DNA of 61,544 nucleotides from Candidatus Omnitrophota bacterium (GTDB lineage Bacteria; Omnitrophota; Gorgyraeia; 2-01-FULL-45-10): NCBI GenBank assembly GCA_003142795.1, contig PLNN01000028.1, positions 1 to 61,544 of the forward strand, read 5' to 3'. Shown piece by piece: positions 1 to 9,023 of this stretch (position 1 is its first letter; each line of letters starts with the position of its first letter). The notes under the pieces were generated by a model. It saw only the letters and a program-made list of their open reading frames with translations, ran no database searches and was not told where the DNA came from. The position numbers and the translations under genes were made by a program.

Positions 1-110
1 AGCGCCTGATCCAGCGGGTTCTCCAGGGACGAAACGGGCGGCGTATTCATCCTATGCGGATCGCCCGGCCTGGGAAGGTTCTGACGGCCGCTTATCTTGG
101 AACCCCCGCC
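1..110 (-). repeat. Copy A of a 110-bp intragenic direct repeat. It encodes GGSKISGRQNLPRPGDPHRMNTPPVSSLENPLDQAL and may extend left of the window.
   Basis: Base-by-base comparison with 2017-2126 gives 97/110 identical (88%). Similarity ends abruptly after position 110. Confidence 0.9.
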
Positions 111-3100
111 ATTTTTCGGCTTCTCCTCACTAGGCACCGAATCCATAGCTATAGTTGGCATCAATATAGGCATTATCTGCTTTGATAACAGGGTAGCTAT
201 CTCTTCACAAATCTGAAGCAAGGTTGCAGCTTCTGCCTTGTTGCCGTTCGTTGACATTCTCGAGAGCTTATACTGCAGTTCATCAAGTTCTAAACCTATA
301 CGATCATGCTCCTTTAAAACATTATCAGTCGGGCCGTGTTTTTTGGCATGAACGGCAAGCTTTTCGGCCCTTGCCTTCAGGCTATTAAGCATATCCCGAT
401 ATTTGGATATGCTGGCCCCGTTCCCATTATTGCCGTTTTTCTTGCCGTTAATACTGGCTACACCGTTAGATTTATTTACCGTGATCTTATTTCCGTTTCT
501 TTTATACACTACATCGCCGGTCGCTATGTCATATGCCTTTGCAGGAACAGGCCCATCCGCGGCCATCTTTACTATTACACGAAGGCGCGGCCGTCCGCGC
601 GAGTCAGATGGCAATGTCGTGCGGCACCACTTCCGTTTGATCTGAAATAAGAAACTCTGTTGGTTATCGCCCTTTCGCTTTGAAGTCCAGTAGCCATCGA
701 TAACCATCCACTTTGCTTGTTTCACCGACTCTTCTTCCCAGAATTCGCGGGAAAGCTTAAGGGCCGACTTGTATAAAACCGGTTTACCCATATTGAGACT
801 CTTTAAGCTATCGTAAAGATAGATCTTCATTTGGTTGTGGGCGGGATAAACCTGTTCACCGCTATACAGATACACCGCCTGCGGCCTTCTGGTTTTAACA
901 TTGGCAACAACTAAAATATTTTTGTGTTTATTCTGGTCATACAATAATCCTGTCTTATATAGCTGGCCGTTAAATGAAAACATAATACGAGATCTGTTTC
1001 TGTCCGGTCGCTCTTGTATCATCACGTTATCGACAACAATAGTCTTGGCCGATTTTACCGCTTCATCATTCCAAAATTCCTCATCCATATCGCCGATCGC
1101 CCGATAAAGCGTCGAATTATCCGCAAGTTTTCCGCCTTCGACAACAGGATCAAGATATACTCTTATATGCGTAGGCGCAGGATAGACACGATTTTTTGTT
1201 TCCATGTCATAAACTTCCTGTACAAAACCTGTCGCAGGGTCGATATAGCATCCCAGATTGGCGGTTTTATATATTTCGCTCGGAAGATTAGTCGTATGTA
1301 TGCCTCTCAAGCTGAATACAAGATGCTTACCCTCCTCATCATCTTCCGAATCCTTCCGGGCATTAACATTCGTCACAAGGATGCTGCGCGCTTCTTTTAG
1401 ACGCGGTGCTTTCAGAACGCTTTCGTGAACTTCCATCACGGCCTTAAAAAGCGGCGCACCGGCAACGTCGCCATTCGCAGAGATCTGAAGCTCGTTTATC
1501 GGCTTAGGCGGATCCGCGTATATTCGCAGCATTTCTTTGCCCGGGTATATCTTACTATTATCTTGGCAGTCAAAAGCGGCTATGGGACGCGGCCTATCGA
1601 ACGACATGTCCAGCACTACGATGATCGACTCGCCGCGAGGGTCATCGTTAGGTATGTCTGTAACAAACTCTTCGCCGCAAAACATAAATATTTTAGTTTT
1701 TCTGGTAGAATTTGACGCGGCTTTGGCCCTAATTCCTTTTAGTGCGCCCATTCTAACATTTCGAAATAGCTCTTTTTTAAATTCGGCTGCACGGACAACT
1801 TTCATTATCGCGGACGGTGCGGACGGCAAAACAACGCCTTTATCCGTAAGCTCAGGCTCAAGATACACCTCAACAGATCGGGACTCAGCGGCGGGCTGCG
1901 GCTTGGCCGAGTCTATATCGAGAGTCTTATCCGGATTTGGTTTTTCGTTCGGCTGCCCATAGTGTCCATAATATCTGGCGCTGAATTTATTTAGCGGCCC
2001 TCCGCCGTCATCAAACAGCGCCTGATCCAGCGGGTTCTCTAAAGACGAGGCTGGCGGCGTATTCATCCGTTGAGGATCGCCCGGCCTGGGAAGGTTTTGC
2101 CGGCCGCTTCTCTTGGAACCCCCGCTTTCCGTTTTCTTTCCGGCAAATAATACTCCGCCCCATCGCCACACCGCCGTCATTATCCTGTGCCACAAGACCG
2201 GCAATGTCAGGTAGAGCAGCATCGGCCCGGCATCGAGTTCACCTATATCGTCGTTTTTTAATGAGCCTCCATCCCTCGGAACCGGTATATTATCGCGCTC
2301 CAGAAGTATGGAGATCAAAAATTTAAAAGCCTTATTAGTGTTGTCCACATAAAGACCTTTTATCAAGCCTCCTAAAAAACTTCCAAATACATCGTCTTTA
2401 GAATCCGCCAAAGCATTACCTTTGCCTATCGCCATCACCATTTTGTGTCTTTCATTCTTGGCTTGTATCGTTCCATCTATTATCTGCATGTACGAAAGCG
2501 TCTTTATGCTTTCAGCTGTATCCAATCCAATCTTGTAAAAAATATCCAAAGGCCCATCACCAAAAATGAGCCATGCTACGGCTTCAGCAAACCAACCCTC
2601 TTCGCACTTTTCTAATATATAACTAACAATATGGCCGAGTTCGTGGGTAAGATCCCTTGATGTCCAATCATCAGAAAGATCAATAGTAAGGCTTTCACCT
2701 TCCTTTATGGCATTTCCTCTATCATCCTTAGCATCCACCCATTCTTTAAATATTTGATATATGCTAACGGTCGTAAAAATGCTTACAAAGATAAGGTTCA
2801 ATGACAGTGGAATGCCAACAAAATAGAATAATATACTAATAGAACAAGCAATAACCGGGATCGCTATAAGACCAAATATCACTCGCTCTTTTTTTATTGA
2901 GGCAAGTGAGTCTATTTTTAATAACGGAATTTTATTTACTATTCGTTGCGCAAGTTGGGGTTCGTGATCAATAAACATCTGAAGAAAACGCTCTATAGTA
3001 ATTCTGATCTCATCGTGTCTCTCCACATTCTTACTGATATGTATCTGCTCAACTTCCGCAATTGGGACATGTTTGATTTCAGAATCTATTTTTACTTTAT

Positions 3101-3638
3101 TTGAGGATTCAATGCCCGCCGCGATGTTGACCCCTCTGAGCGGGTTTTTGTCTTCTTTTAAGCCGGGATTTTGAATACCGGCTGCGCCTGATCGGATCTT
3201 TGCTTTTGCTTTTTGCACAATGCTATCATCATAGAAATATTTATCATTCTTATCGACAAATACAACCGCTCTTCCGGTACCTTCAAAATACTCAACACAA
3301 GGCTGCTCGCCAAATTTTGCAAATAAACCTGGAATACCCGCTATTTCCAAACTTATCCTTTCTGTCCCTCGAAACATCTCATCTTCGCGCCTCCGCAACT
3401 TTTCAAATCCGCCCAATGATTTGATCTGCTGATGAATATGATCAAGAACCATTACGTCATATTTCTCGCCGAATCTTTCTCTTAAATCAGATTGACTTGA
3501 TGGCTTCCATATAGCAAGGTTCTGGTAATCTGCCGCATACGCGATGTCATTAAACAAAAAGGCCCCTACGAGAATACTCGTAAGAGCCTTCTTGAATATA
3601 ATAATATATCTTTTAGGTAATATCTGGCTTTCTATCAT
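1..3638 (-). CDS. Large membrane-associated protein, N-terminal 1212 codons only (C-terminus lies beyond the window start). It carries an MA-clan HExxH...E metallopeptidase-like domain plus novel tandem modules.
   Basis: Absent from the supplied ORF track because it has no stop inside the window. I reverse-complemented every line from 3638 down to 1. ATG is at 3638, with an in-frame TGA 12 codons upstream and no other start between. 1212 sense codons follow with 2 nt left over and no stop. The N-terminus MIESQILPKRYIIIFKKALTSILVGAFLFNDIAYA/ADY looks like a Sec signal. A hydrophobic stretch of about 45 aa lies at about 2745-2880. HELGH is at 2631-2645, followed 16 aa later by Glu in GWFAEAVAW, which is the gluzincin / Peptidase_MA_2-like pattern as I recall it. 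Another hydrophobic segment lies at about 2125-2225, followed by a Pro-rich linker and repeat modules. Confidence 0.75.
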   Translation of the reverse strand, partial: MIESQILPKRYIIIFKKALTSILVGAFLFNDIAYAADYQNLAIWKPSSQSDLRERFGEKYDVMVLDHIHQQIKSLGGFEKLRRREDEMFRGTERISLEIAGIPGLFAKFGEQPCVEYFEGTGRAVVFVDKNDKYFYDDSIVQKAKAKIRSGAAGIQNPGLKEDKNPLRGVNIAAGIESSNKVKIDSEIKHVPIAEVEQIHISKNVERHDEIRITIERFLQMFIDHEPQLAQRIVNKIPLLKIDSLASIKKERVIFGLIAIPVIACSISILFYFVGIPLSLNLIFVSIFTTVSIYQIFKEWVDAKDDRGNAIKEGESLTIDLSDDWTSRDLTHELGHIVSYILEKCEEGWFAEAVAWLIFGDGPLDIFYKIGLDTAESIKTLSYMQIIDGTIQAKNERHKMVMAIGKGNALADSKDDVFGSFLGGLIKGLYVDNTNKAFKFLISILLERDNIPVPRDGGSLKNDDIGELDAGPMLLYLTLPVLWHRIMTAVWRWGGVLFAGKKTESGGSKRSGRQNLPRPGDPQRMNTPPASSLENPLDQALFDDGGGPLNKFSARYYGHYGQPNEKPNPDKTLDIDSAKPQPAAESRSVEVYLEPELTDKGVVLPSAPSAIMKVVRAAEFKKELFRNVRMGALKGIRAKAASNSTRKTKIFMFCGEEFVTDIPNDDPRGESIIVVLDMSFDRPRPIAAFDCQDNSKIYPGKEMLRIYADPPKPINELQISANGDVAGAPLFKAVMEVHESVLKAPRLKEARSILVTNVNARKDSEDDEEGKHLVFSLRGIHTTNLPSEIYKTANLGCYIDPATGFVQEVYDMETKNRVYPAPTHIRVYLDPVVEGGKLADNSTLYRAIGDMDEEFWNDEAVKSAKTIVVDNVMIQERPDRNRSRIMFSFNGQLYKTGLLYDQNKHKNILVVANVKTRRPQAVYLYSGEQVYPAHNQMKIYLYDSLKSLNMGKPVLYKSALKLSREFWEEESVKQAKWMVIDGYWTSKRKGDNQQSFLFQIKRKWCRTTLPSDSRGRPRLRVIVKMAADGPVPAKAYDIATGDVVYKRNGNKITVNKSNGVASINGKKNGNNGNGASISKYRDMLNSLKARAEKLAVHAKKHGPTDNVLKEHDRIGLELDELQYKLSRMSTNGNKAEAATLLQICEEIATLLSKQIMPILMPTIAMDSVPSEEKPKNGGGSKISGRQNLPRPGDPHRMNTPPVSSLENPLDQA
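560..1560 (-). repeat. Three tandem protein-level modules of about 112-122 aa, of unknown fold, inside the left-edge gene.
   Basis: Module starts are LRIYADPP (about 1530), IRVYLDPV (about 1165) and MKIYLYDS (about 828). Modules 2 and 3 share LY(R/K)(A/S), EFW(N/E)(D/E)E(A/S)VK(S/Q)AK, (I/M)V(V/I)D and F-x-F. The module junctions are conserved: VYPAPTHIRVYL versus VYPAHNQMKIYL. Confidence 0.6.
2017..2126 (-). repeat. Copy B of the 110-bp intragenic direct repeat. It encodes GGSKRSGRQNLPRPGDPQRMNTPPASSLENPLDQAL.
   Basis: Same alignment as copy A. The flanking sequence on the 2127+ side is unrelated. The two peptides match at 33/36 residues and lie about 672 codons apart. Confidence 0.9.
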
Positions 3639-3664
3639 TTTAATATTTTGAATATAGTGGTTAA

Positions 3665-3693
3665 ATTATATCATATGATTATGTTAATGCAAG
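3665..3693 (-). promoter_or_regulatory. Candidate sigma70-type promoter for the left-edge gene (TTGCAT-N16-TATAAT).
   Basis: The minus strand reads TATAAT at 3670-3665 and TTGCAT at 3692-3687. The site lies 26 nt upstream of the ATG. No Shine-Dalgarno sequence is visible in the AT-rich leader. Confidence 0.3.
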
Positions 3694-3752
3694 AGAAAGC
3701 TAGCTACCTTTTTTTACTCTAACGCAATTGTTTTTTGTGGAATTAGGCGGAA

Positions 3753-4928
3753 TTAATGTTTGTAGATCCGGGGGACGCGGTTTGAAATACCGCAGACAAA
3801 TTCGTAGGCTATCGTTCCGGCAAGGCGGGCCAGTTTTTCGCTTCTTATCTCTTCTCTTCCCTGTTTACCGATCAGGACGACTTCATCGCCGACCTTGACG
3901 CCTTTGATATGGCCGACGTCTATCATTGTCTGGTCCATCGTGACCTTGCCGATAACCGGGCAGCGTCTGCCCCGTACAAGCACCTCCGCCCTATTGGAGA
4001 GGTTTCGCGCGTAACCGTCCGCGTAGCCTATCGGGAGCGTGGCTATCTTGGTGTGCTTTTGCGTAACATGCGTCCTGCCGTAACTTATGGAGCGGCCGGG
4101 AGGCGTATCTTTTATATATACGATCTTAGTCTTTAATGACAGCACAGGTTTTAGTTTGATCAGCTTCGGGAAGGTATGTTTCGGGTACATCCCGTAGATG
4201 ACAAGGCCCGGACGCACCAGATTTAAATACGACCTTTTGAAATCGACCGTCGCTATTGAATTGGCGGCATGCCTTAGCGGAATGCGCACATCGAACCCGT
4301 CGAGCTGCAGGAGCAGCCTTTCGAACGCCTCTATCTGGTAATTCGTGAAAAAATCGTCGCGGCCGGCGCTTGAAAAATGCGTGTATATGCCTTCAAGGAT
4401 AATATTTTTTTCCTGCGCCAGGTTTTTCACAAAATTCAGCGCTTCTTCGTGCCATATCCCTATCCTGCCCATGCCGGTATCGATCTTCACATGGACCTTC
4501 GCCTTAACGCCTGATGCGAGACTCTCTTTTTTTATCGCGTTCAAAAGTTCGTCGCTGCATAATGTCAGCGTTATGTCTTTTTCGATAGCGTCCTTCACTT
4601 CGCTCGGCAATACCGAGCCGAGAACGAGTATCGGCGTCTTTATGCCGTGGTCCCGCAGCCGCGCGGCTTCGTCCGTAGTCGCGACGCCGAAATAATTGAC
4701 GCCGAGTTTTTCGAGAACGGCCGCGCATTCGACCGTGCCGTGGCCGTAGGCGTTCGCTTTCACGACGACCATGATATTTATATTTTTCCCGACGATACGG
4801 CGAACCTGTTTATAATTATATTCTATCGCCTTGAGGTCGACTTCCGCCCATGTCGGGCGGTAACGCGGCCTGGAAACCCCATTCTGTGTCTTGACGATCA
4901 TCTCTGTCATTTGCCTGTTATATCGCAC
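3753..4928 (-). CDS. alr: Alanine racemase
   Basis: PLP-lysine block VVKANAYGHG and full-length similarity to Alr (PIGYADGY, YEF..GI..RVPR). The real start is probably a few codons internal (MTEMIV...). Confidence 0.9.
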   Translation of the reverse strand: MRYNRQMTEMIVKTQNGVSRPRYRPTWAEVDLKAIEYNYKQVRRIVGKNINIMVVVKANAYGHGTVECAAVLEKLGVNYFGVATTDEAARLRDHGIKTPILVLGSVLPSEVKDAIEKDITLTLCSDELLNAIKKESLASGVKAKVHVKIDTGMGRIGIWHEEALNFVKNLAQEKNIILEGIYTHFSSAGRDDFFTNYQIEAFERLLLQLDGFDVRIPLRHAANSIATVDFKRSYLNLVRPGLVIYGMYPKHTFPKLIKLKPVLSLKTKIVYIKDTPPGRSISYGRTHVTQKHTKIATLPIGYADGYARNLSNRAEVLVRGRRCPVIGKVTMDQTMIDVGHIKGVKVGDEVVLIGKQGREEIRSEKLARLAGTIAYEFVCGISNRVPRIYKH

Positions 4929-5539
4929 TCCTTTGAATATAGATACATCGGCTCAAGGTCTTCGGCCTTCACGAACTTTTTGGCTTTGAAATTTTCAAAT
5001 CCCAAGCGCGCCACAACATCAGCTTTTGGATGCCACTTCACGTCTCCAATGACGTCTCCTAAGAAATATATTTTATCATAAATAGCGGTTTTTTTCTTTA
5101 ATTCATCCAATGGCAAAAGCATATATGGCGATATCCTCTGGATATTTTTACCATCCGATCTGTAAAGGCACGCGTAAACCTTGTTCTTACGGGCGTCGAG
5201 GACCGGGCATATTATCCCGATAATTTTTTTTGCGTTGTTTGCGATAACGTCGAGGGTCGGGACCACCACTATCTTTTTCTTCAAGGAATACGCCATACCT
5301 TTTACCACAGTCACGCCGATGCGCAGGCCCGTGAACGATCCCGGCCCCGCGCTTATCGCAAAACAGTCGATATCGCCTGCCTTCATCCCGGACTCCTTCA
5401 ATATCCTGTCTATCATAGGAACAAGAAGGCGCGAATGGGCCATTACGGCTTTTTTGTGCATTCTGTTTATGACCTTGCCGTCTTTCATTACGGCAAGGCT
5501 TAAATAGATGCTCGATGTGTCGATAGCTAATAGTTTCAT
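4907..5539 (-). CDS. tsaB: tRNA threonylcarbamoyladenosine (t6A) biosynthesis protein TsaB (YeaZ)
   Basis: The N-terminus MKLLAIDTSS and AISAGPGSFTGLRIG are TsaB hallmarks. It sits next to tsaE. Confidence 0.85.
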   Translation of the reverse strand: MKLLAIDTSSIYLSLAVMKDGKVINRMHKKAVMAHSRLLVPMIDRILKESGMKAGDIDCFAISAGPGSFTGLRIGVTVVKGMAYSLKKKIVVVPTLDVIANNAKKIIGIICPVLDARKNKVYACLYRSDGKNIQRISPYMLLPLDELKKKTAIYDKIYFLGDVIGDVKWHPKADVVARLGFENFKAKKFVKAEDLEPMYLYSKECDITGK

Positions 5540-5949
5540 CTTTTCCTGATCTCTATCTTTCTTCTGCTCTCTCCGAGCGCCTTCAGCTTCACTTCTACAT
5601 GCTCCTTCGGCAAGAGCTTGCGGATCTTATCAGCCCATTCTATCACCGTCACTCCGTCGCCGTAAAAATATTCCTCGAAATTTTCTCCGTCTATGACGCT
5701 CGACTTATTAAGCCTGTAGAGATCGAAATGATACAGCGGGATCTTACCCTTATACTCTTTTATGATGACGAACGTAGGGCTGTTAACATATCTCGAGTCT
5801 TTGACGCCCAGCCCTTTGGCGATACCTTTTGTCAGCACCGTCTTGCCTGCGCCAAGATCCCCGACGAGAGCAACGCAGTCGCCCCGCCTCAGCTTCTTCC
5901 CCAGCCGACAGCCTATCTCGATCGTATCTTCAACGCTTTTCGATATCAT
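5536..5949 (-). CDS. tsaE: t6A biosynthesis ATPase TsaE (YjeE)
   Basis: Walker A GDLGAGKT plus SPTF.I..Y....LYH.DLYRL are typical of TsaE. There is a 4-nt overlap with tsaB. Confidence 0.85.
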   Translation of the reverse strand: MISKSVEDTIEIGCRLGKKLRRGDCVALVGDLGAGKTVLTKGIAKGLGVKDSRYVNSPTFVIIKEYKGKIPLYHFDLYRLNKSSVIDGENFEEYFYGDGVTVIEWADKIRKLLPKEHVEVKLKALGESRRKIEIRKR

Positions 5950-5950
5950 A

Positions 5951-6862
5951 TTAGAAATGCAAATACCCTTTCAAGCCTATTTTTTCTACTCCGCCGCTCT
6001 CTCTTATCAATTTATAACCGTCTTTCTTATTGGTGATCTCGCCGATCACCGTAACGGGCGTCTTCATCAAAGCCTGCCCTGACCCAAGAAGCCTCATCGC
6101 CTCTTTCGGGCTCATAGTAAACAACAATTCGAAATCCTCTCCATCCGAAATTGCCTTATCGAACGAGTCGGCTTCTTTGGATATCGGGATCAGGCTTTCA
6201 TGGATCCATGCTCCTGTGTTGCTCGCCTTCAATATCCGCCCTAGATCAAGGACCAGGCCGTCTGAAACATCGATCATCGAATTTATCTTATAATTTTTAA
6301 CGAGCCTCCGCGCTTCATCGACCCTGGGCGTAAAATTCAGGTGCTTGCTTTTTATGGAACCGCCTATAGTGCCGGTCACGAGTATGAGATCGCCTGCTTT
6401 AGCGCCGCTCCTTAAGACAAGGTCCTTCTTGCCGACCTCACCTATGAGCGACACATCGATCACCAATTTATCAGCCCTGGACACGTCTCCGCCGACGATG
6501 TTTATCTTATATCGCCTGGTCAGAGCCAACATCCCATTAAGTATACCGTCGGCGACAGCGACATCCATGTCAGGGCTCATCCCCATAGAAACGACCGCAT
6601 GGCGCGGCATGCCGCCCATTGCGGCAATATCGCTGATATTGCGCGCCAACGCCTTATATCCGATCTGGAGCGGGGTTGCATTTTTTAATTTGAAATGAAC
6701 GTCCTCGACGAGCATATCACATGTAAAGAGTAGGTATTTGTCCTTCGTCCATTTTATTACCGCCGTATCATCGCCGGAACCTTTTACGACAGAGCTGTCA
6801 ACGCGGATCTTCTTCGCGAAGCGTTTTATGAGCCCTATTTCGCCTATATCACGAATTCTCAT
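5951..6862 (-). CDS. thiL: Thiamine-monophosphate kinase
   Basis: IGEIGLIKRF....GDDTAVI, DMLVEDVHF and GGDVS blocks (AIR synthase-related fold, ThiL pattern). Confidence 0.85.
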   Translation of the reverse strand: MRIRDIGEIGLIKRFAKKIRVDSSVVKGSGDDTAVIKWTKDKYLLFTCDMLVEDVHFKLKNATPLQIGYKALARNISDIAAMGGMPRHAVVSMGMSPDMDVAVADGILNGMLALTRRYKINIVGGDVSRADKLVIDVSLIGEVGKKDLVLRSGAKAGDLILVTGTIGGSIKSKHLNFTPRVDEARRLVKNYKINSMIDVSDGLVLDLGRILKASNTGAWIHESLIPISKEADSFDKAISDGEDFELLFTMSPKEAMRLLGSGQALMKTPVTVIGEITNKKDGYKLIRESGGVEKIGLKGYLHF

Positions 6863-7905
6863 ATTTTAGCCTTAAGCTTTTTCAGACTTTTCCTATACGG
6901 CCTTCTGAATATTCCCCGCTCCGTCACGATCGCCGTTATCAGCTCGTTCGGCGTAACATCAAAAGCAGGATTATAAACTTTAACGTTCTTCGGAGCGATC
7001 GGATGCCCGAGAATAGCCTTCACCTCGTCTGCGTTGCGTTCTTCTATAGGGATGCCATGCCCCGACTTTAATTTAAGATCAAAAGTCGATATCGGCGCGA
7101 CCACGTAAAACGGGACGCCGTGATATTTCGCAAGCACCGCCAGATTATACGTTCCGATCTTATTCGCGGCATCGCCGTTCGACGCTATCCGATCCGCCCC
7201 TACGAATATCTTATCGATCTTGGCCTTCGCCATGAGGCTTGCAGCCATGTTGTCGCATATCAATGTCGTATCGATGCCTTCATGCATCAGCTCCCACGTC
7301 GTAAGCCTGGCGCCTTGCAATAACGGCCGCGTCTCGTCGACATAAACGTGAATTCGCTTATGCTGCCTCTTCGCCTCGAACAGGACTCCCAGGGCAGTGC
7401 CATAATCCGCCGTCGCAAGCCCACCGGCGTTACAATGCGTCAGGATCACGTCGCCTGTCTTGACGAGCCTAGAGCCGTAACGCGCCATGCGCCTGCAGGC
7501 GTCCTTATCCTCCTGGAGAATCTTAAGGGCTTCGTGTAGCAATATCTCTTTAAGTTTCGCTACCGGCTTATCCTTATTTTCTTTTGCGATGCGCTCCATC
7601 CTCGCAAGCGCCCAAAATAAGTTTACGGCAGTCGGCCGCGAAGAAGCCAGATATTTTGATGTGCGACAAATTTCCTTAAAAAATTGGTTAAAATTCTTGG
7701 CCTTAGAGTTTTGAACGCCAAGGACTACGCCCAGCGCCCCGGCAATGCCTATGGCCGGCGCTCCGCGGACCTCGAGTGACTTTATCGCGCGCCACATGGT
7801 CCTTACATCCCGGCAAGCAACAAACCTTAACGCGTGCGGCAGCCGCGTTTGGTCCACATATATCGTTTTTCCGTTCTTCCATGTGATGGTTTCTACCGGC
7901 ATCAT
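6859..7905 (-). CDS. mtnA: S-methyl-5-thioribose-1-phosphate isomerase (eIF-2B alpha/beta/delta family)
   Basis: VDQTRLP, VRGAPAIGIAGA, RPTAVNL, THCNAG.LAT, GADRIA.NGD.ANKIGTY. Confidence 0.8.
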   Translation of the reverse strand: MMPVETITWKNGKTIYVDQTRLPHALRFVACRDVRTMWRAIKSLEVRGAPAIGIAGALGVVLGVQNSKAKNFNQFFKEICRTSKYLASSRPTAVNLFWALARMERIAKENKDKPVAKLKEILLHEALKILQEDKDACRRMARYGSRLVKTGDVILTHCNAGGLATADYGTALGVLFEAKRQHKRIHVYVDETRPLLQGARLTTWELMHEGIDTTLICDNMAASLMAKAKIDKIFVGADRIASNGDAANKIGTYNLAVLAKYHGVPFYVVAPISTFDLKLKSGHGIPIEERNADEVKAILGHPIAPKNVKVYNPAFDVTPNELITAIVTERGIFRRPYRKSLKKLKAKI

Positions 7906-9008
7906 TACCCCCAGATCATTTTTGTAAGGACGTTCCGTTTGATGCTTATCGCCTTATACGGGCAGACCTCGTGGCAGCATAAGCATCTTACGCACTTCTT
8001 ATAATCGATGGTGCAGGAATCGCTCTCTATCTCGATACAGCTTACCGGACAGGTTATCTTGCAAAGGTTGCATCGCGTGCATATCGACTTGTCTATATAA
8101 GGTTTAAATCTTATCAGTTTCGCCGCGTTGTCAATTATCGTCTTTGGGATGAATTTTAACGGCGTAGTCTGCGGCAGCTTAAAATCGTTCGCGATAAAAC
8201 TATTGATATCATCTCCGACGATCTCCACCCGGGCCATGTCGGCCTCGCCCATGCCCTTCTCGTAAGCTTCCATCGTCACGAGTATGTCGAGCGGCTCGAC
8301 GCCCACTACTCTCGCAAGGCAGGCATCGATCGCCACGCCGTCCGAAGAAGCCATCAAGAGATTCATGGGCCTGGGGTTTCCTGCCGCCGGACCGTCCCCT
8401 TCCATCGCTACAATACCGTCCAGTATATTGAGATGCGGTTTTGAGATGGAATATACTTTTGCGATGATCTTTGCAAAATCTCTTTCTTTTGGAGCCTTTG
8501 AATGGCACCCGGCCTTGGCAAGGCCGACGACCGTGCCGAACATATTTTTAATAGCGGCTGTCAGCACCGTTATGGAATGCGTTTTGAATTTAGGTATCGA
8601 TATGATCAGGTCGGCATCGAAAACGAACCGGCTTATCGGCAGGCCGTCCACAAATTTCGAACTGTTGAATTTTACAAGCTCGACGCCTTCTTCGTCCGCC
8701 ATCTTTCTCATGCCGGACTTCACGAAGACCTCTTCAGCATTCTTGCCGTAGCCTCCGGGCGAATCACCGATAAAGGCAACTGCGCCGGCACTCCTCACGA
8801 GCCGCGCAACGGCCCTGACGACCTCGGGATGCGTATCAACGGCATCTTCCGGGGATCGCGCAGACAAGAGGTTCGGCTTCAACAGGACCTTCATCCCAGG
8901 CTTGACAAAGCTCTCCATCCCCCCGACCAGGTCGACGGCCTTTTTTACGGATCCAAAGACCCGCTCGGCATCGTAATCCTGGCACCTGACTATCGAAACT
9001 TTAGACAT
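7905..9008 (-). CDS. DUF362 domain protein with a C-terminal 2x[4Fe-4S] ferredoxin domain
   Basis: The N-terminus V.IVRC.DYD ... VLLKPNLL is DUF362-like. The C-terminus has CTRCNLCKITCP and CVRCLCCHEVCP cluster motifs. Confidence 0.75.
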   Translation of the reverse strand: MSKVSIVRCQDYDAERVFGSVKKAVDLVGGMESFVKPGMKVLLKPNLLSARSPEDAVDTHPEVVRAVARLVRSAGAVAFIGDSPGGYGKNAEEVFVKSGMRKMADEEGVELVKFNSSKFVDGLPISRFVFDADLIISIPKFKTHSITVLTAAIKNMFGTVVGLAKAGCHSKAPKERDFAKIIAKVYSISKPHLNILDGIVAMEGDGPAAGNPRPMNLLMASSDGVAIDACLARVVGVEPLDILVTMEAYEKGMGEADMARVEIVGDDINSFIANDFKLPQTTPLKFIPKTIIDNAAKLIRFKPYIDKSICTRCNLCKITCPVSCIEIESDSCTIDYKKCVRCLCCHEVCPYKAISIKRNVLTKMIWG

Positions 9009-9023
9009 AAGTTATCCGCGAGA

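Noticed and set aside
336-2193. A cluster of short plus- and minus-strand ORFs (60-141 aa) is the only track entry across the first 3.6 kb. I briefly considered a non-coding region, a degraded pseudogene, or an alternative genetic code.
   Set aside because: Direct translation shows one continuous standard-code ORF on the minus strand (3638 to <1). The short ORFs are off-frame or antisense shadows. The big ORF was omitted only because it lacks a stop inside the window.
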